Source: Mantamonas sphyraenae STR306 | Lineage: Eukaryota; Protista; CRuMs | Assembly (NCBI GenBank): GCA_026936335.1 | Contig: JAPMXV010000013.1 | Location: 124,001-188,000 of the forward strand | DNA: 64,000 nucleotides | Direction: 5' to 3' | Shown: in pieces, positions 1 to 12,666 of the stretch | Layout: each line of letters opens with the position of its first letter | Position numbering within the stretch: the stretch's first letter is position 1 | Translations under genes and position numbers: made by a program | The notes under the pieces: model-generated | Databases searched by the model: none | What the model was told of the DNA's origin: nothing | Seen by the model: the letters and a program-made list of their open reading frames with translations, nothing else

Positions 1-3000
1 CGCCGTTGGTGTTGGCCACATTGTCTGGGATGACACCCACCACGCGCACCTGCACGACGTCTGCGTCGCTGTCCACGTTGTCCGCCGTGTTGACCACCCA
101 TCCACCAAAGTCGAATGTGACTGTGTCGTTGAGACCATCGCCATGTACGGCATCTGTGTGCACGCCGGCCTGGCCCAAGGCCAGTGTGGCATTCTGCACA
201 TTGCTGCCCACATACGTCACCTCGCTGCTCACCACCTGCCCGCGTCCTGTGCCCGTGGGCATACGCACCGTCAAGGCCAATGCCTGCGTGCCCTCGGGCA
301 AGCGCACGCGCATGTCAAGCGTGAACTGTTCGCCCACAGCCAGATCGACCAAATCGGCGCGGAATTCTCCGTACGCCGTCTGTTCCACCGAGGTGGCGGT
401 GATGTTGAACAGTTCCACCGTGGCCTGGTCGGTCAACACACTCGTGTCTGCCGCACTGCTGTACTCGCGTGCATACGTGTGCGACGCGGCCGAGTGCCAC
501 GAGCTGTTGCCGGTCAACGCAAAGGTGTTGTTGATACGCGCCGCATCGGTCAACGTGGCCTCAAACACAAGCCACGCGGCCCCTCCTGCTCCGCCCAGAT
601 CCAACACATCGACTGTCATTGTCACGCGTCCGGCACCCACATCGACACTGGTGGTTGTTCCCACGCCTCCGGCAGCCGCCACAGACGCAGCCTGCACCTG
701 CAGCTCTGCAGGGACACGCACCTCCACCGTGGCATTGTAGGCGGGTGCGTCGCTGGCACTCTGGTGGGCCAGTGTGTAGTTGACGGCAATCGTGTCGCCT
801 GCATCCAGACGCTGGGTGGGCGACGATGTGTTCAGGGAGACAAACAGCTGCAGTTCCGGTTCGACCACATCCACGCGCACGACATCCACAAAGACACCGT
901 TCACGTGGTCAAAGTACGCCGTGGCAGCCAGTTGCACAGCGTCGGTGTTGAGCAAGGCTCCCCCCGAAGTGCGCACGTCGGCGGCGACCACATCCACCTC
1001 CACCACAATCTCGTCACCTGCGTCCGCGCTGTTGTCGCCCGTGTTGACCACGGAGCTGCCAAAGTCAAACAGAGCCTGCTGGCCACTGACAAGACTCGAG
1101 GCAGGCTGGCCCACACCCAAACTGGCGTTGGTGATACCTGCGCCCACAGAGACCACACGCGATGCAACCACATCCAAGCGTCCGGCGGGTGTGGATGCAA
1201 GGTGCAGCGTCAAATTGACGCGCTGCGTGCCTTCCATGAGTTGCACGCGCTGCTGCAGCGTGAACAGCTCGCCCACAGCCACGTCGACCACGGCGGGCGA
1301 GTGGCGTGAGGCATTGGTTTCCACGAGCGCGGTGTTGACCAGGGAAAGAGTGGATGCAATTGGCGCACGCACAGCCACAGTGAGGGTGGCATTCGTGGCA
1401 AAGGGGCGTCCGAGGTGGTTGGGAAAGTCGGAATCCCAAATGAGGCTGGGCGTGAGTTGGACGAAGCCACTGGCACGCACCGAATCCAACACACGCACGA
1501 GGTATGTCACTGTCAGGAAGCCATCGACGTTGACGGCGTCCGAATCCACTTGCACGGTGCCCGTGGAGGAAACCACCGTCCATGGCTGCGTCGTCTGCAC
1601 ACCCACGCTGTTGTTGAGCAACTGCAGAGGCGACGGTACGGCGTCACTGAGCATCAGATCAAAGGCATTTCCCACCGTGGTGGGCTTGTGCGACACCGTC
1701 ACATTGATGGCCAACACGTCGCCTGCGTCGACCAGCGTGGCATTGGCACTGATTTCCAGTTGCAAGTCAGGGATGACACCCCAGTCACCTGCCAGGGGCG
1801 GCGATGTGAGCGCGGAAGGAAGCGACTCGTTGGCTGCGTTGCGCAAGCCGGCGCTCACACGCGGCGTCACCACAAAGCCACCGATGGCCGGCGTGGGTGC
1901 ACTGCCCACGTCGTGGATGGTGATCAGCACGGTGGAGCCGTTGGTCCACACGCCCGTGTAGTTTGTGCCCAACGGGGTGGAAAACACAAAGAGGGCATCG
2001 AGATCTGCCCGTGTGGCCACAGGCACCTGGTTCGTGGTTTCGTTGAACACCACTCGCAACGTGTCTCCATTCGAATACACCGTGTCCAGGTCGTCGGGAT
2101 CGTTGGCAAGCAGCAGGGTCACAAACGGACCCTGGCGCAACCCAAAGTTGCCCGTGAGCAGCGGCGTGAACGATTGCGAAGGCAGCGAATCACGCACGGC
2201 ATTGCGCAAGTCAGCCGTGGCATTCAGCTGTGCCGAGAGCACACCAACGGCCGGCGGAGCACTGCCGGTGCGATCCACCACGGTGATGACCAGAGTGGAG
2301 GCGTTGGTCCACACGCCGGTGTAGTTGGCACCCAACGGGTGGGAAAACACAAGGAGGGCATCCAAATCCGCACGCGTGGCCACCGGAGGCGTGTTGGTGG
2401 ACTCGTTGAAGTGCAATGTGAGCGTATCGTTGTTGGAATACACCGCGTCACTCACATCCGGATCGGCTGCCACGAAGCTCACCACGTAGGGGCCCTGGCG
2501 CAGGCCAAAGTCTCCACCCAGGGGCGATGTGGTGAAATTGCTGGCAAACAGTGAGTTGCCCAGGGCGTTGAGCAGGGCAGCCGCAGGCTTGGCCGTGGCC
2601 GTAAACACACCCAGTTGTGGGTTGCCACCGGTGGCGTTGTGCACTGTGACACGCAGGGCGGTGGCGTTGACCCACACTCCCGTGTAGTTGCTACCCAGGG
2701 GCTGGCTAAAGTCAAACAGGGTGTCCACGGCCGCCTTGCTGGCCACAGGCACCTCGTTCGTGCCCACGTGGAACAGAAAGGTGATTGTGTCGCCATCAGA
2801 CCAGATGCCATCGTTGTCATCGGGGTCATCGGCCACGGCGGCGTACAGACGCGGCACGGCGCGGCCCCAATCGCCCGTGGCGGGCGGCGAGGTGGAGCGT
2901 GATCGCAAGGACGTGGCCGCCGCGTTCAGCAGGCGCGCATTCTCGATGAGAGTGATGTTCAGTGCCGATGGAAACGGTGTTGTGTCTGCCTGGGCACCTG

Positions 3001-6000
3001 CGTCGTGGATGGTGATCAGGGCCACGTCGGCGCTCAGCCACTGGCCCGTGTACTGCGCACCAATGGGATAGGAAAAGGCAAAGAGGGCGTCCACCTGTGC
3101 ACGTGTGCCAATGGCCACCTGGTTGGTGGCCTCTGTAAACTGGATGCGCAGTGTGTCGTTGACGCCGACCACGTAATCCTCGTCATCAGCATCGTCAATT
3201 GTGATGTTGGCAATGGCCGGACCGGCAAGCAGACCCCAGTCACCCACCACTACGGGAGTGCTGCCTGTCGTGGGCAGCGACGTCTCGTCTGCGTTCAGGA
3301 TCTCCCCCTGGATCGACAGGCGCAGCTGATGGTTGTAGTAATCGGGCGGGGTGGCACCAGTCGGGTCACGCACAGTGATGATCAGGTGGCGTCCGTCGGC
3401 ACTCCATTCGCCTGTGTAGTTGGCACCCAGGTTCTGGTTGTACGAAAACAGGGCGTCCAGATCTGCCTTGCTGCTCACCGATGGCTTGTTTGTGCTGTTG
3501 CCAAACGTCACGTTCAGCGTATCGCCCACCGAGTAGATGCCGTCCAGGTCGTCGCCTCCGTTGGCCACCAGAGACAGCATCTTGGGGCCCGCTCGTCCAA
3601 AGTCGCCCGTCAGTGGGCCTCCCTTGGACACCGAGGGCAGAAACGTTTCGTAACGGTTGTTGAGATTGGCGCTCTGCAGCACAGAGACGTTGGTGCCGCC
3701 CAGCATGCCGTCTGGGTTGACACCCGCCAGGTTGGTGATGGTGATGAGCGCCAGGATGCGCTCCTTCCACACGCCCGTGTAATCCGCGCCGATGGGGCGT
3801 GAAAAGTTGAACACAGCGTCAATCTGGGCCTTTGTGGCAATGGGCGGCCTGTTGGTTTCCATGTCAAACTGGATGGACACGGTGTCACCCACGCTGTAGA
3901 AGTTGTCCGCATCGTCGGGGTCGTTTGCATAAAAGGCGAGAATGGCCGGTCCGGGACGCAGACCCCAATTGCCCGTGAGTGGCGGTGAGACGCTGACCGA
4001 GGGCAGCGAATCGTCGGCTGCATTGCGCAACAATGCTGTGGCACGCACCGTCAACACGAGCCCACCTGCACCCAGGGTGGGTGGCGTGGCACCGGTGCTG
4101 TCCAGGATTTGGATGCGCACCACAGAGGCGTTGACCCAGGACCCGTTGTAGTTGGCACCCAGCGATTGGGAAAACACAAACAGGGCATCGAGCTGGGCAC
4201 GTGTGGCCACAGGCGGAGTGTTGGTCGATTCGTTAAAGTGCACCTCAAACGCGTCGCCGGTGCCATACACGGCATCCTGGTCATCGAGATCAAACGCACG
4301 CATGAAGGTGATGTACGGGCCCTGACGGTTGCCAAAGTCTCCTGTGGCAAAGGGCGACACGGCACGCGAGACACCCGAGCTGCCGTTGGCCACCTTGACG
4401 AGGGCAGCCACGGTGACGTTGAACACGTCGGTGCCAATGACGATGTTGTCGGCGCCAGTGGCGTTGACAATGGTCACGGTGAGGGTGACGTTGGTGGGGT
4501 CCCACACACCCGTGTAGTTGCTGCCAATCGACTGCGAAAACAGCAGCATGGTGTCAATGTCCACTTTGGTGCGTGCAGGCGGTGCGTTGGTGGCTTCGCT
4601 AAACACAAGCGTCAGCGTGTCGCCGTTGGACAGGATGCCATCGTTGTCGTCGGGATCGTCAAACACAGCCTGCAAGATACCGGGGCCTCCAAGACCGCAA
4701 TCGCCGGTCAGAGCAGGCGAGGTGCTGTTGGACGGCAACGACAAACGCTGGGCGTCCTGCAAATTGGCTGAAGGAAGGGTGCGGACAGTCAGGTTGCCCA
4801 CCAGCGGGGGATTGCTCTGCGAACCCAGCATTTCGATTTCCAGCACACTTGGGGTGACCCACACACCGGCGTACGCGGGACCCAAGCTCGAGGAGAAGAC
4901 AAAGACGGCGTCAATGGCCGCCTTGCTGCCGACCGGTGGCTGTGTAGTGGACTCGTTGAAGGTGATGCGCAGGCGATCACCCAAGCCACAAATGTTGTCG
5001 CGTGCCACGGGGTCAAAGGCTTCCAACGAGACAATGGTGGGACCTTGGCGGCCGCCAAAGGAGCCAGTCCACACAGTGGGACTGGCCAACGAGGTCAGGG
5101 AAGTGTCGTTGAGAGTGCGCAAGACGCCCGGACGGATGCTCACTGTGGACACCCCAAGCACGGGGTTGCCCCCGGTGGCGTTGTGCACAGTCAGCAGCAG
5201 CTGTGTGGCGTTGGCTTGCCACACGGCGCTGTAATTGGTGCCCACATTGGCGGAAAACTGCAGGAGGGCGTCGACCTGAGCGCGTGTGGCCACAGGAGGT
5301 GTGTTGGTGGGCCTGTTGAACGTGACCAGGAGTGTGTCGTGGGCGGTCCAAAACGCATCCGAGTTGTCCGGATCGGCAGCCACGGCGCTGACAATGACGG
5401 GACCGGGCAACGTGCCCCAATCACCGCTCAGGGCAGGCGACGAGGCGGTGCTGTTCAGCAGAGTGTTGCCTGCGTCACGCAAACCGGCGGTTGCACGCAC
5501 CGACACATTGAAGAGGCCAAACTGGGGCGGAGACAGATGCACGGTGGCAGTGTTGACAATGGTGAGGCGCAGCTGTGTGTTGCCGGCCACCCATGCACCC
5601 ACGTATTGGTCGGCTAACGGGGCATTCATGGACAGCAGGGCATCCACCTGCGCCTGTGTGGCCACAGCAGGTGCATTGGTGGCCATGTTGAACAACAGGG
5701 TCACCGTGTCGCCGTCGTCGTAGATGGCGCTCTGGTCGTCGGGATCGTTGGCCACCAGCGACACAATCTGCGGTCCCAAAAGACCCAAATCACCGGCCAA
5801 CACGGGCGACGTGGACACAGAGGGCAACGAGGTGGCATTGGCGTTGCGCACATTGCCTGCGGCCTGTGCCGTGAGCGTAAGGACGCCAATCTGGGGCGGT
5901 GCGGCACCGGTGGCATCCACCACTGTGATGCGCAGTGTCGTGTTGGACAACCACACGCCGGCCAACTGTGCCCCGGGGGCCTGTGAAAAGGCAAACATGG

Positions 6001-9000
6001 ACGTGAGCTGGCCGTGTGTGGCTGCAGCTGGCATGTTGGTCGGCTGATCGAATGTGACGGTGAGGGTGTCCTCGTTGCCATACACATTGTCGCCGTCGTC
6101 GGGATCGTTGGCCACCACCGATGCAATGGCCGGTCCTGCCAGCGTGCCCCAGTCGCCACTCACCACAGGTCCTTGGTACGTGGCCACAAACGACTTGTTC
6201 TCATCGTCGCGCAAGCCACCGGCCAACTGAAAGGTGAAGCGCAGCACGCCAATGGCCGGTGCAGGCACACCGGCCCCGGTGGTGTCATGGAGGGTGATCT
6301 GCAGCACCAACGGCGTCTGCCACACACCGGTGTAGTCTGCACCCAGGGCAGTACTCCACGTCATCAGCGTGTCCAGGTTGGCTCGTGTGGTCACGTTGGG
6401 CCTGTTGGTGGCCTCTGTAAACGTGATGGTCATCACATCGCCGTCGCTAAAGATGCCGTCGAGGTTGTCCGGGTCGCTGGCGACAAAGCTGGCCACCTGG
6501 GGCGGCTGTCGCAAGCCCCAATCGCCCGTGAGTGGGCTGCGGCTACTGTTGGCCGCCACATACAACAGAGCGGCGTCGCGGATGTCGCCAATGGCGGTTA
6601 CGGACGACGCGCCGCCCAGCGGAGGCGAATCGAGACCCGGATCAACAATGGTCAGGCGAAACAGGGTGTTGGACACCCACACGCCGGTGTAGTCGGCTCC
6701 AAACGACGGGGAAAAGGCAAACATGGCATCGACGGCAGCCTTGGAGGCCAAGGCACCGGCTTGGTTGGTGGCAATGTCAAACTGCAGATCGACCGTGTCA
6801 CCGGCGCCAAAGAAGGAGTCGTCGTCGTCCGGATCATTGGCCACAAAGGCAACCAACACAGGCCCCAACTGGCCCCAGTCGCCCAACAGAGGGGTCGATG
6901 TCTGGGTGGAGGGCAGCGAGGTTGCGTTTGCATTGCGCAGGTTTGCGCCTGCATTGATGGTGAGGGTGAGCGCGCCGATGGCCGGAGTGGCTGTGCCCGC
7001 ATCCACAATGGTGATGATGGCCACAGACACAGATGGGGACGGGCTGAGCCATGCCAGAGTGGCTGCGTTGCCAATGCTCACCGAGGGGGTAAACAGGGTG
7101 AGCACAGGCAGGGCAGGCTCGTTTGTCTTTGCATCAAAGTACACCCGGATGGTGTCCCCGTTGGAAAACACGCGATCGAGATCGTCGGGATCGTTGGCGG
7201 TGATGTTGACGATCTGCGGAGGTGCAAGAAGACCCCAGTCGCCGGTAATGGGTGGCGATGAGGAGCTGGATGGCGCAGAAGTGCCGCTGATGTTACGCAG
7301 GTTGCCCGCAGGCTGCAGGGAGACGTTGAACACGCCGATGGGCGGGTCGACAGACACGCCGGCCGCATCGATGATAGTCAGCTGCAGCGTACGTGCGTCC
7401 AGCCAGGCACCGGTGTAGTTGGCACCGATGGGATGGCTAAAGGCAAGGAGGGTGTCCAGTTGGGCCTTGGTGGCCACGGACGGCGTGTTACCATCCTCCG
7501 ACAGCGTCAGTGTGAGTGTGTCGCCGGCAGAAAAGATGGCGTCGGCGTCGTCGGGATCGTCGGCCACAAGGGAGATCACAGAGGGACCGCCCAGGCCCAG
7601 ATCGCCCGTGAGCACAGGGGAGGTGGCCACCGAGGGCAGCGTGGAAGCAGCAGCGTTGCGCAGGTTGCCCGAGGCACGCACAGTGACGGTGGAGGCGCCA
7701 ACGGCCACGGAGGAGGCGCCTGTGGCATCGAGGATGCGGATGAGGGCCACGCTGGCATTGGTCCAGGAGCCGTCGTAGGAAGAGCCAATGGGGGAGGAAA
7801 AGGCAAAGAGGGCATCGATAGAGGCCGTGTTTGCCAGGGACGGGGTGTTTGTGGCCACGTCAAATTGGATGGTCAGCGTGTCGCCTGTGGAGAACACGGC
7901 GTCGCCGTCGTCCGGATCGTTGGCTTCGTAGAGGACAATGACAGGGCCTGGGGCGGTGCCAAAGTGGCCTGCAAGCACGGGCGATGTGCTGTTGGACGGC
8001 AATGAAAGGTTGTTGATGTCCTTGAGGTTGGCAGACGGACGCACACGCACAGTGGTCACACCGAGCACAGGGTTGCCGCCGGTGGGATCCACCACGGTGA
8101 TGTTGAGCGTTCGTGCGTCCTGCCACGTGCCCGTGTACAAAGTGCCCAGCGAAAAGGCCCCAAAGTCGAGCAGGGCAGCCAGTTGTGCGACGGTGGTGGC
8201 ATTGGGGGTGTTTGTATCCTCACTGAACCGCAGTGCCAACGAGTCGCCTGCGCTGTAAATGGCGTCTGTGTTGTCGCCGGTGGCCTCAAAGGAGACAATC
8301 AGCGGACCCGGGCGAGTGCCATAGTTGCCCGTGGCGGTGACGAGTCCCACGGCTGGACGGGAGGTGCGTGCGGCGTTGAGCAAGTTGCCCCGGATGCCCA
8401 CCTGCAGGGTGGCAATGTCTGGGGCGGTGAAGGCGGTGGTGTTGGACACAACAATGCGCAGGATGTTGCCAGCGGCGTTCCAGGAACCGGTGTAATTGGT
8501 AGCCAGGGGCTGGGAGAAGTTGAAGAGGGCGTCGATCTGGGCACGGGTGGCAACGGCCTCCTTGTACATGGGCACATCAAAGGTGAGGGAAAGGCGATCT
8601 GCGTCCGAGTAGAGGGCGTCTGCGTTGTCGGGGTCGTCCCAGACAGCGGATTGGAGCACGGGAGCGGGGGCAAACACGCGCACAAACACAGTGCAGGTCA
8701 CCTGCTTCACTTCTGTGTCCTCAAACAGAAGGGAAAGGTCGTATGTGATGCCCGCATGTGCGGCAATGGGGGTGTAGGACGCAGAGACGGCAAAGGGCAC
8801 GGGGGAGGAAGAGCCGGAGACCGGTGTGAGGATGGTGCCCGGTGGAGTGAGAGGCGCAGTCATGGTGAGACTGGGCGAATCAATGTCATTTGCGGTGGCA
8901 GCCAGGGTAAAGGTGTCGCCAAGGACGACATCCTGGGTGCCAGTCTTGTCGAGCACGCAGGTGGGTTGGGTGCCCACCACGTCGAGGAGGACGTCGATGG

Positions 9001-10177
9001 AGGTGCGTGCAAGCGAGGCAGCCCTCTTTTCCACCAATGTGATGGAAAGGGCGTACAGGGAGCCAATGGAGGCGCCGACATTGTTCCAGCGGAGGGTGCA
9101 ATTCTTGAGCACCGTGAGTTTGTTGCCCGCCACGGTGGGTGGTCCCTGGATGCCCGACTCGCCCGTAGAGGCCAGACGACACTCGATGCCGTCCGAATCC
9201 GAGTCTGACACGGGCACGCTGAACACAAACGGGTTGCCGATGCCCACCTGAAGGACGGGCGCCAGGGATGCGCGCGGACTGGCCGCGTTGAGCGGATCTG
9301 TGATGTCCACGACGGCCTCCACGCGGAAGGGACTGCCCGGGGTGTTTTGAAGAACCAACGAGCGGCAGCAATCTTCCATGTATGCCACGTAGCGGTCAGC
9401 CGAGGCGTAGTTGTGCCAGACAACGCGTTCGTACAAGTGCACTCGGTCGCCCGATGTCGTGTTGTATGCAGACACAAAGTAGGAAGGCGACGAATCTGTG
9501 TCCACGGCCATGTGTGCACACGTGTGAGCTCGGTGAGGTGTCGCCCACGTGTGTGGAAACCCACTTCGGAGGCGGGATAAGATTCGGCGTGGGAAACGGC
9601 CGCGCCAACAGACAACATGCGCGAGGCTTCCAACGGTTGCGATTAGAGGGTGGAAACGCCGGTTGTGGCGCGGGAAACGGAGCAAAGGTCCATGAAAGGG
9701 AGGGCAAGGGTGCGGGAAAGGGCAACAGTGCGCCGTGTGTGCGTGTGGGGACGCGGATAGGGTGTGGGTCGCGCACAGCCCAAATCGGGCAAGGCGCCGA
9801 GTGGACGGAAGCGAAGACAGAGGTCCATCCATGAGGCCAAGTGGGGTTCAATGGGACACAGGGTCCCAGTAGAGGCTTGGCGTGGACGGAAATGGCTGTG
9901 TGGATGCACTCGGTTGTGTGGCGGCGGGAAAGAAGATTTCGCGGGAAGAGCTGGTGAGGCGGATTCTGGAGGAGCACGTACCTGAGGAGCCGTCGCCAAA
10001 GAAGAAATCGAGGTTACCAACTTCGTCACTGCGCCAGGCAGCACGGATGGTGAATGTGACATTAGTGCCAACGGCGGTGTAGTGGACAGAGCCGCTGAAA
10101 AAGTGACTTGCGTGGCCGAGGGTGGCCAGCAGCACGAGAACAAGCAGAATCCGGGTCATGGGACGTGAACCAGACAT
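1..10177 (-). CDS. Giant secreted/surface adhesin-like repeat protein (>3200 aa, 3' end beyond window)
   Basis: Exon1 10177-9982 (MSGSRPMTRILLVLVLLATLGHA signal peptide, then SHFFSGSVHY). Intron 9981-9496 (GTACGT...CACAG, phase 1). Exon2 9495 to <1; the same frame gives sensible protein at both ends and the ORF track shows no ORF terminating in this frame. Contains an EDCCR head region, 19 repeats of ~121 aa and DUF11/D2-like domains (DAGD..SH..AYD/N; VAVGE..EGT; FDFG..VNTGDN). Confidence 0.88.
1775..8665 (-). repeat. 19 tandem ~363-bp (~121 aa) coding repeats
   Basis: A (D/N)DPDDxD-like motif recurs near 8630, 8270, 7910, 7550, 7185, 6825, 6465, 6100, 5740, 5365, 5005, 4650, 4280, 3915, 3550, 3180, 2820, 2460 and 2095. 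Most copies continue GDTLTxxF..TN.P.VAT.A.VD.LF.FS..LGANYTG.W ... LRNA...SLPS...SP.L.GDFG. Confidence 0.9.
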
Positions 10178-10307
10178 GGTGTATATGAGCAACAGTATAG
10201 TTTGTTGAGGTCAAGTGTGCTCACCGAGTCTTGGTCTGCCTTGAGTGTGTGTGTTGTGTTGTTGTTGCGGTCGCCAGGGCAGAACGAAAAACCAAACCAA
10301 GCTCACC

Positions 10308-12595
10308 ATGCCTACGGTGTGCTATGCCTGCAGGCAGATGTTTGAAGGGCCGCGTGGCTTTTCGCAGGTGCAGTGTCCGCACTGTGGCGTGGTGAACCAA
10401 TTGGAGGGTGGAGGGGGCCCGTCCATGGCACCGTTTGCCGAGAGGAAACGGGACATTGAGGACATGGACCCTTCGGAGATTGAGTTGCCTTCGCTGGACC
10501 GTGCCAAGGAGGCAGCCAAATCAAACGTGCCGCATCTGGTGGACACGGATGGCACCGAGGTGCCCTTCAGTAGGTTTTCGCCGTTACGCGGGGAAACGGT
10601 CGTCCACAACGTTTTCGGGTTCCGTGACGAGGTTCGCTGACACAAGAGAACACAGGTCTGTTTGCTCCGTACCAGGTTCTGGCGGAGAACTTGGGCATTG
10701 GGATTGCTCTGTACTTCAAGTTTCTGACGTACTCCGGGTTGGCGTTCATGGTGGCGGGCGCTTTGCTGCTTGTGTTGGCAAACCGAAATTTCCAAGGCTC
10801 CCTGCTTGCCGGGGACACCATTTTCATGCAGACTACAGCGGCGAACCGACTGCCCATTGGCGGGCCGTACGACGCGGACAACTACATCTACGGTCTGCTG
10901 ACGGTGTCCACTTGTCTGTTCCTGCTGATGTTTGTGGAGCTGTTTGACCGGTGGTTGGAGCGGGAAGAGCGGGAAACGGAGGAGGCTCTGCTGACGGCAC
11001 AGGACTTTTCTGTGCGTGTGTCCAACCTGCCGCCAGAGACAGATGCAGAGGAGCTTGCAAGCTTCTTTCGGGAGAATTGGGGTCCCGTGCGCAACGTGGT
11101 GATCTCGCTGTCGAGTGCGCGGTTGGTGGAGTGCCGGGACACCATCCACGATGGTCGTGCCAAGTACGAGCAGCAGGTGATTCGTGAGAAACTGGACGCC
11201 AGCAAGGCGGCAGATCGCAAGTGTTGCGGCATGTGTCGTGCCAAGAACTCCACATACTGGCGGGAAAAGATCAACGATGCGGAGGAGCGGCTGCCGGAGC
11301 TGCTGCGGGACGCAGTGGCAGTGTGTGCGTTTGTGTCGTTTGAAGACACGCGCAGTAGGGACCAGTGTCTCAAGGACATGGGAAGGGAACATCTTCCGGC
11401 GTTTCTGTACCACATGGGATGCTGTGCGTGCACGCGGCCGCAGTTCCGAGGCCAAGACCTGCTGGTGACAGAGGCACCGGAACCGAGCGATGTGTTGTGG
11501 GAGAACCAACACATGCCGAGGAATCTGCGCACGTTCCGGCAGTTTTTGACGGCGTTGTGTGCGGTGCTACTCGTGATTGCCAGCGTGATTGTGATCTACC
11601 TCATGGCGCAACGCACGACGTCGTCGACCAACATTGCCCTGTTTATTACGGCGGTGAACATTGCGATGAAGCTTGTGTTGCAGCAGCTGGTCAAGGCGGA
11701 GCGGCCGGAGAGTGTGAGCCAGCTGGAGAGCGGGTTTTTCACCAAGCTGATCCTGCTGCAGATTGCAAACACCTCCATCACGGTGTTTATCTTTGGCGTG
11801 ACGAACCCGCTGTCACGTACCACCCAGTACCGCAAGATGTTGGACGCAGCGTTGTCCATTGTGGTGTCGGAGTGCACCAAGAACGCGCTCATCCGCATGG
11901 CCAACGTGGACATCTGGCTGAAGCGTTGGGTGTTTGCGTCGCGGGCAATGACACAAAGCGAGATGGACCGACAGTACACAGCGCCCGAGTTTCGCCTGTA
12001 CGAGCGCTTTGTGAGCGTGAGCAACGTGCAGTTTGCCTCGCTGATGTACATGAGCGTGGTGCCCATCATGCCCTTCCTGGCAGGCCTGGGCAACTGGTTG
12101 CTGTTTGCCATCGACCGCGTCAATCTTCTGCGTGTGTTTAGCAAGCCTCCACGGTTTGACGGGCGCATGTGCCGTCTGGCGCTGGTGTATATGCGACTGA
12201 GCATTGTGTCGCACCTGGGCTTTGCGGTGTTTTTCTACCAGGACACCATGTTCTTTGCGGGGCCCTCGTACCTGATTGTGATTGTGCTTTCCGTGCCCGT
12301 CGCCCTCTATTACGTGTACCGCTACACGCCTGTGTTTAGCATCCTCTTTGCTGTGCTGAAGCCCGTGGAATGGCTGGCCAGTGCGGTCAAGTACATCCTG
12401 ACGTGTGGGTGCTGCCGTGCGAACAAGGTGGTGCCCGACCTGCCCATCCAAAGCTACGACAACATGCGCCGTGTGGCTGTGTACCTTCCGGACGAGTTGA
12501 AGCACTTCAACGTCCCGGTCAAAACTTGGCCGGCCCGTGAGATTATTGAGGGAGAGGTGACAAAGGCCCAGACACGCCAGGGAGGATGGTTGTAG
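10308..12595 (+). CDS. OSCA/TMEM63/TMC-superfamily multi-pass ion channel with N-terminal zinc ribbon
   Basis: Exon1 10308-10631 (CYAC...CPHC), 44-nt intron 10632-10675 (GTTCGC...CCAG), exon2 10676-12595. Motifs DFSVRVSNLP, AFVSF, EAPEPSDVLWEN and several TM helices. Confidence 0.8.
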
Positions 12596-12666
12596 AATGG
12601 AAAACAAGCGCGTGTCTTTGTCCTTGTGTGGCATTGGTTCTTGTTGGGGTGGTGGGGTGATCAGGA

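Noticed and set aside
6-9251. Many long plus-strand ORFs (6-740, 780-1961, 6014-7261 and others)
   Set aside because: Antisense shadows of the giant minus-strand gene. The periodic TAG stops in one frame are the reverse complement of its conserved AAC-TAC (NY) codons, not a sign of stop-codon reassignment.
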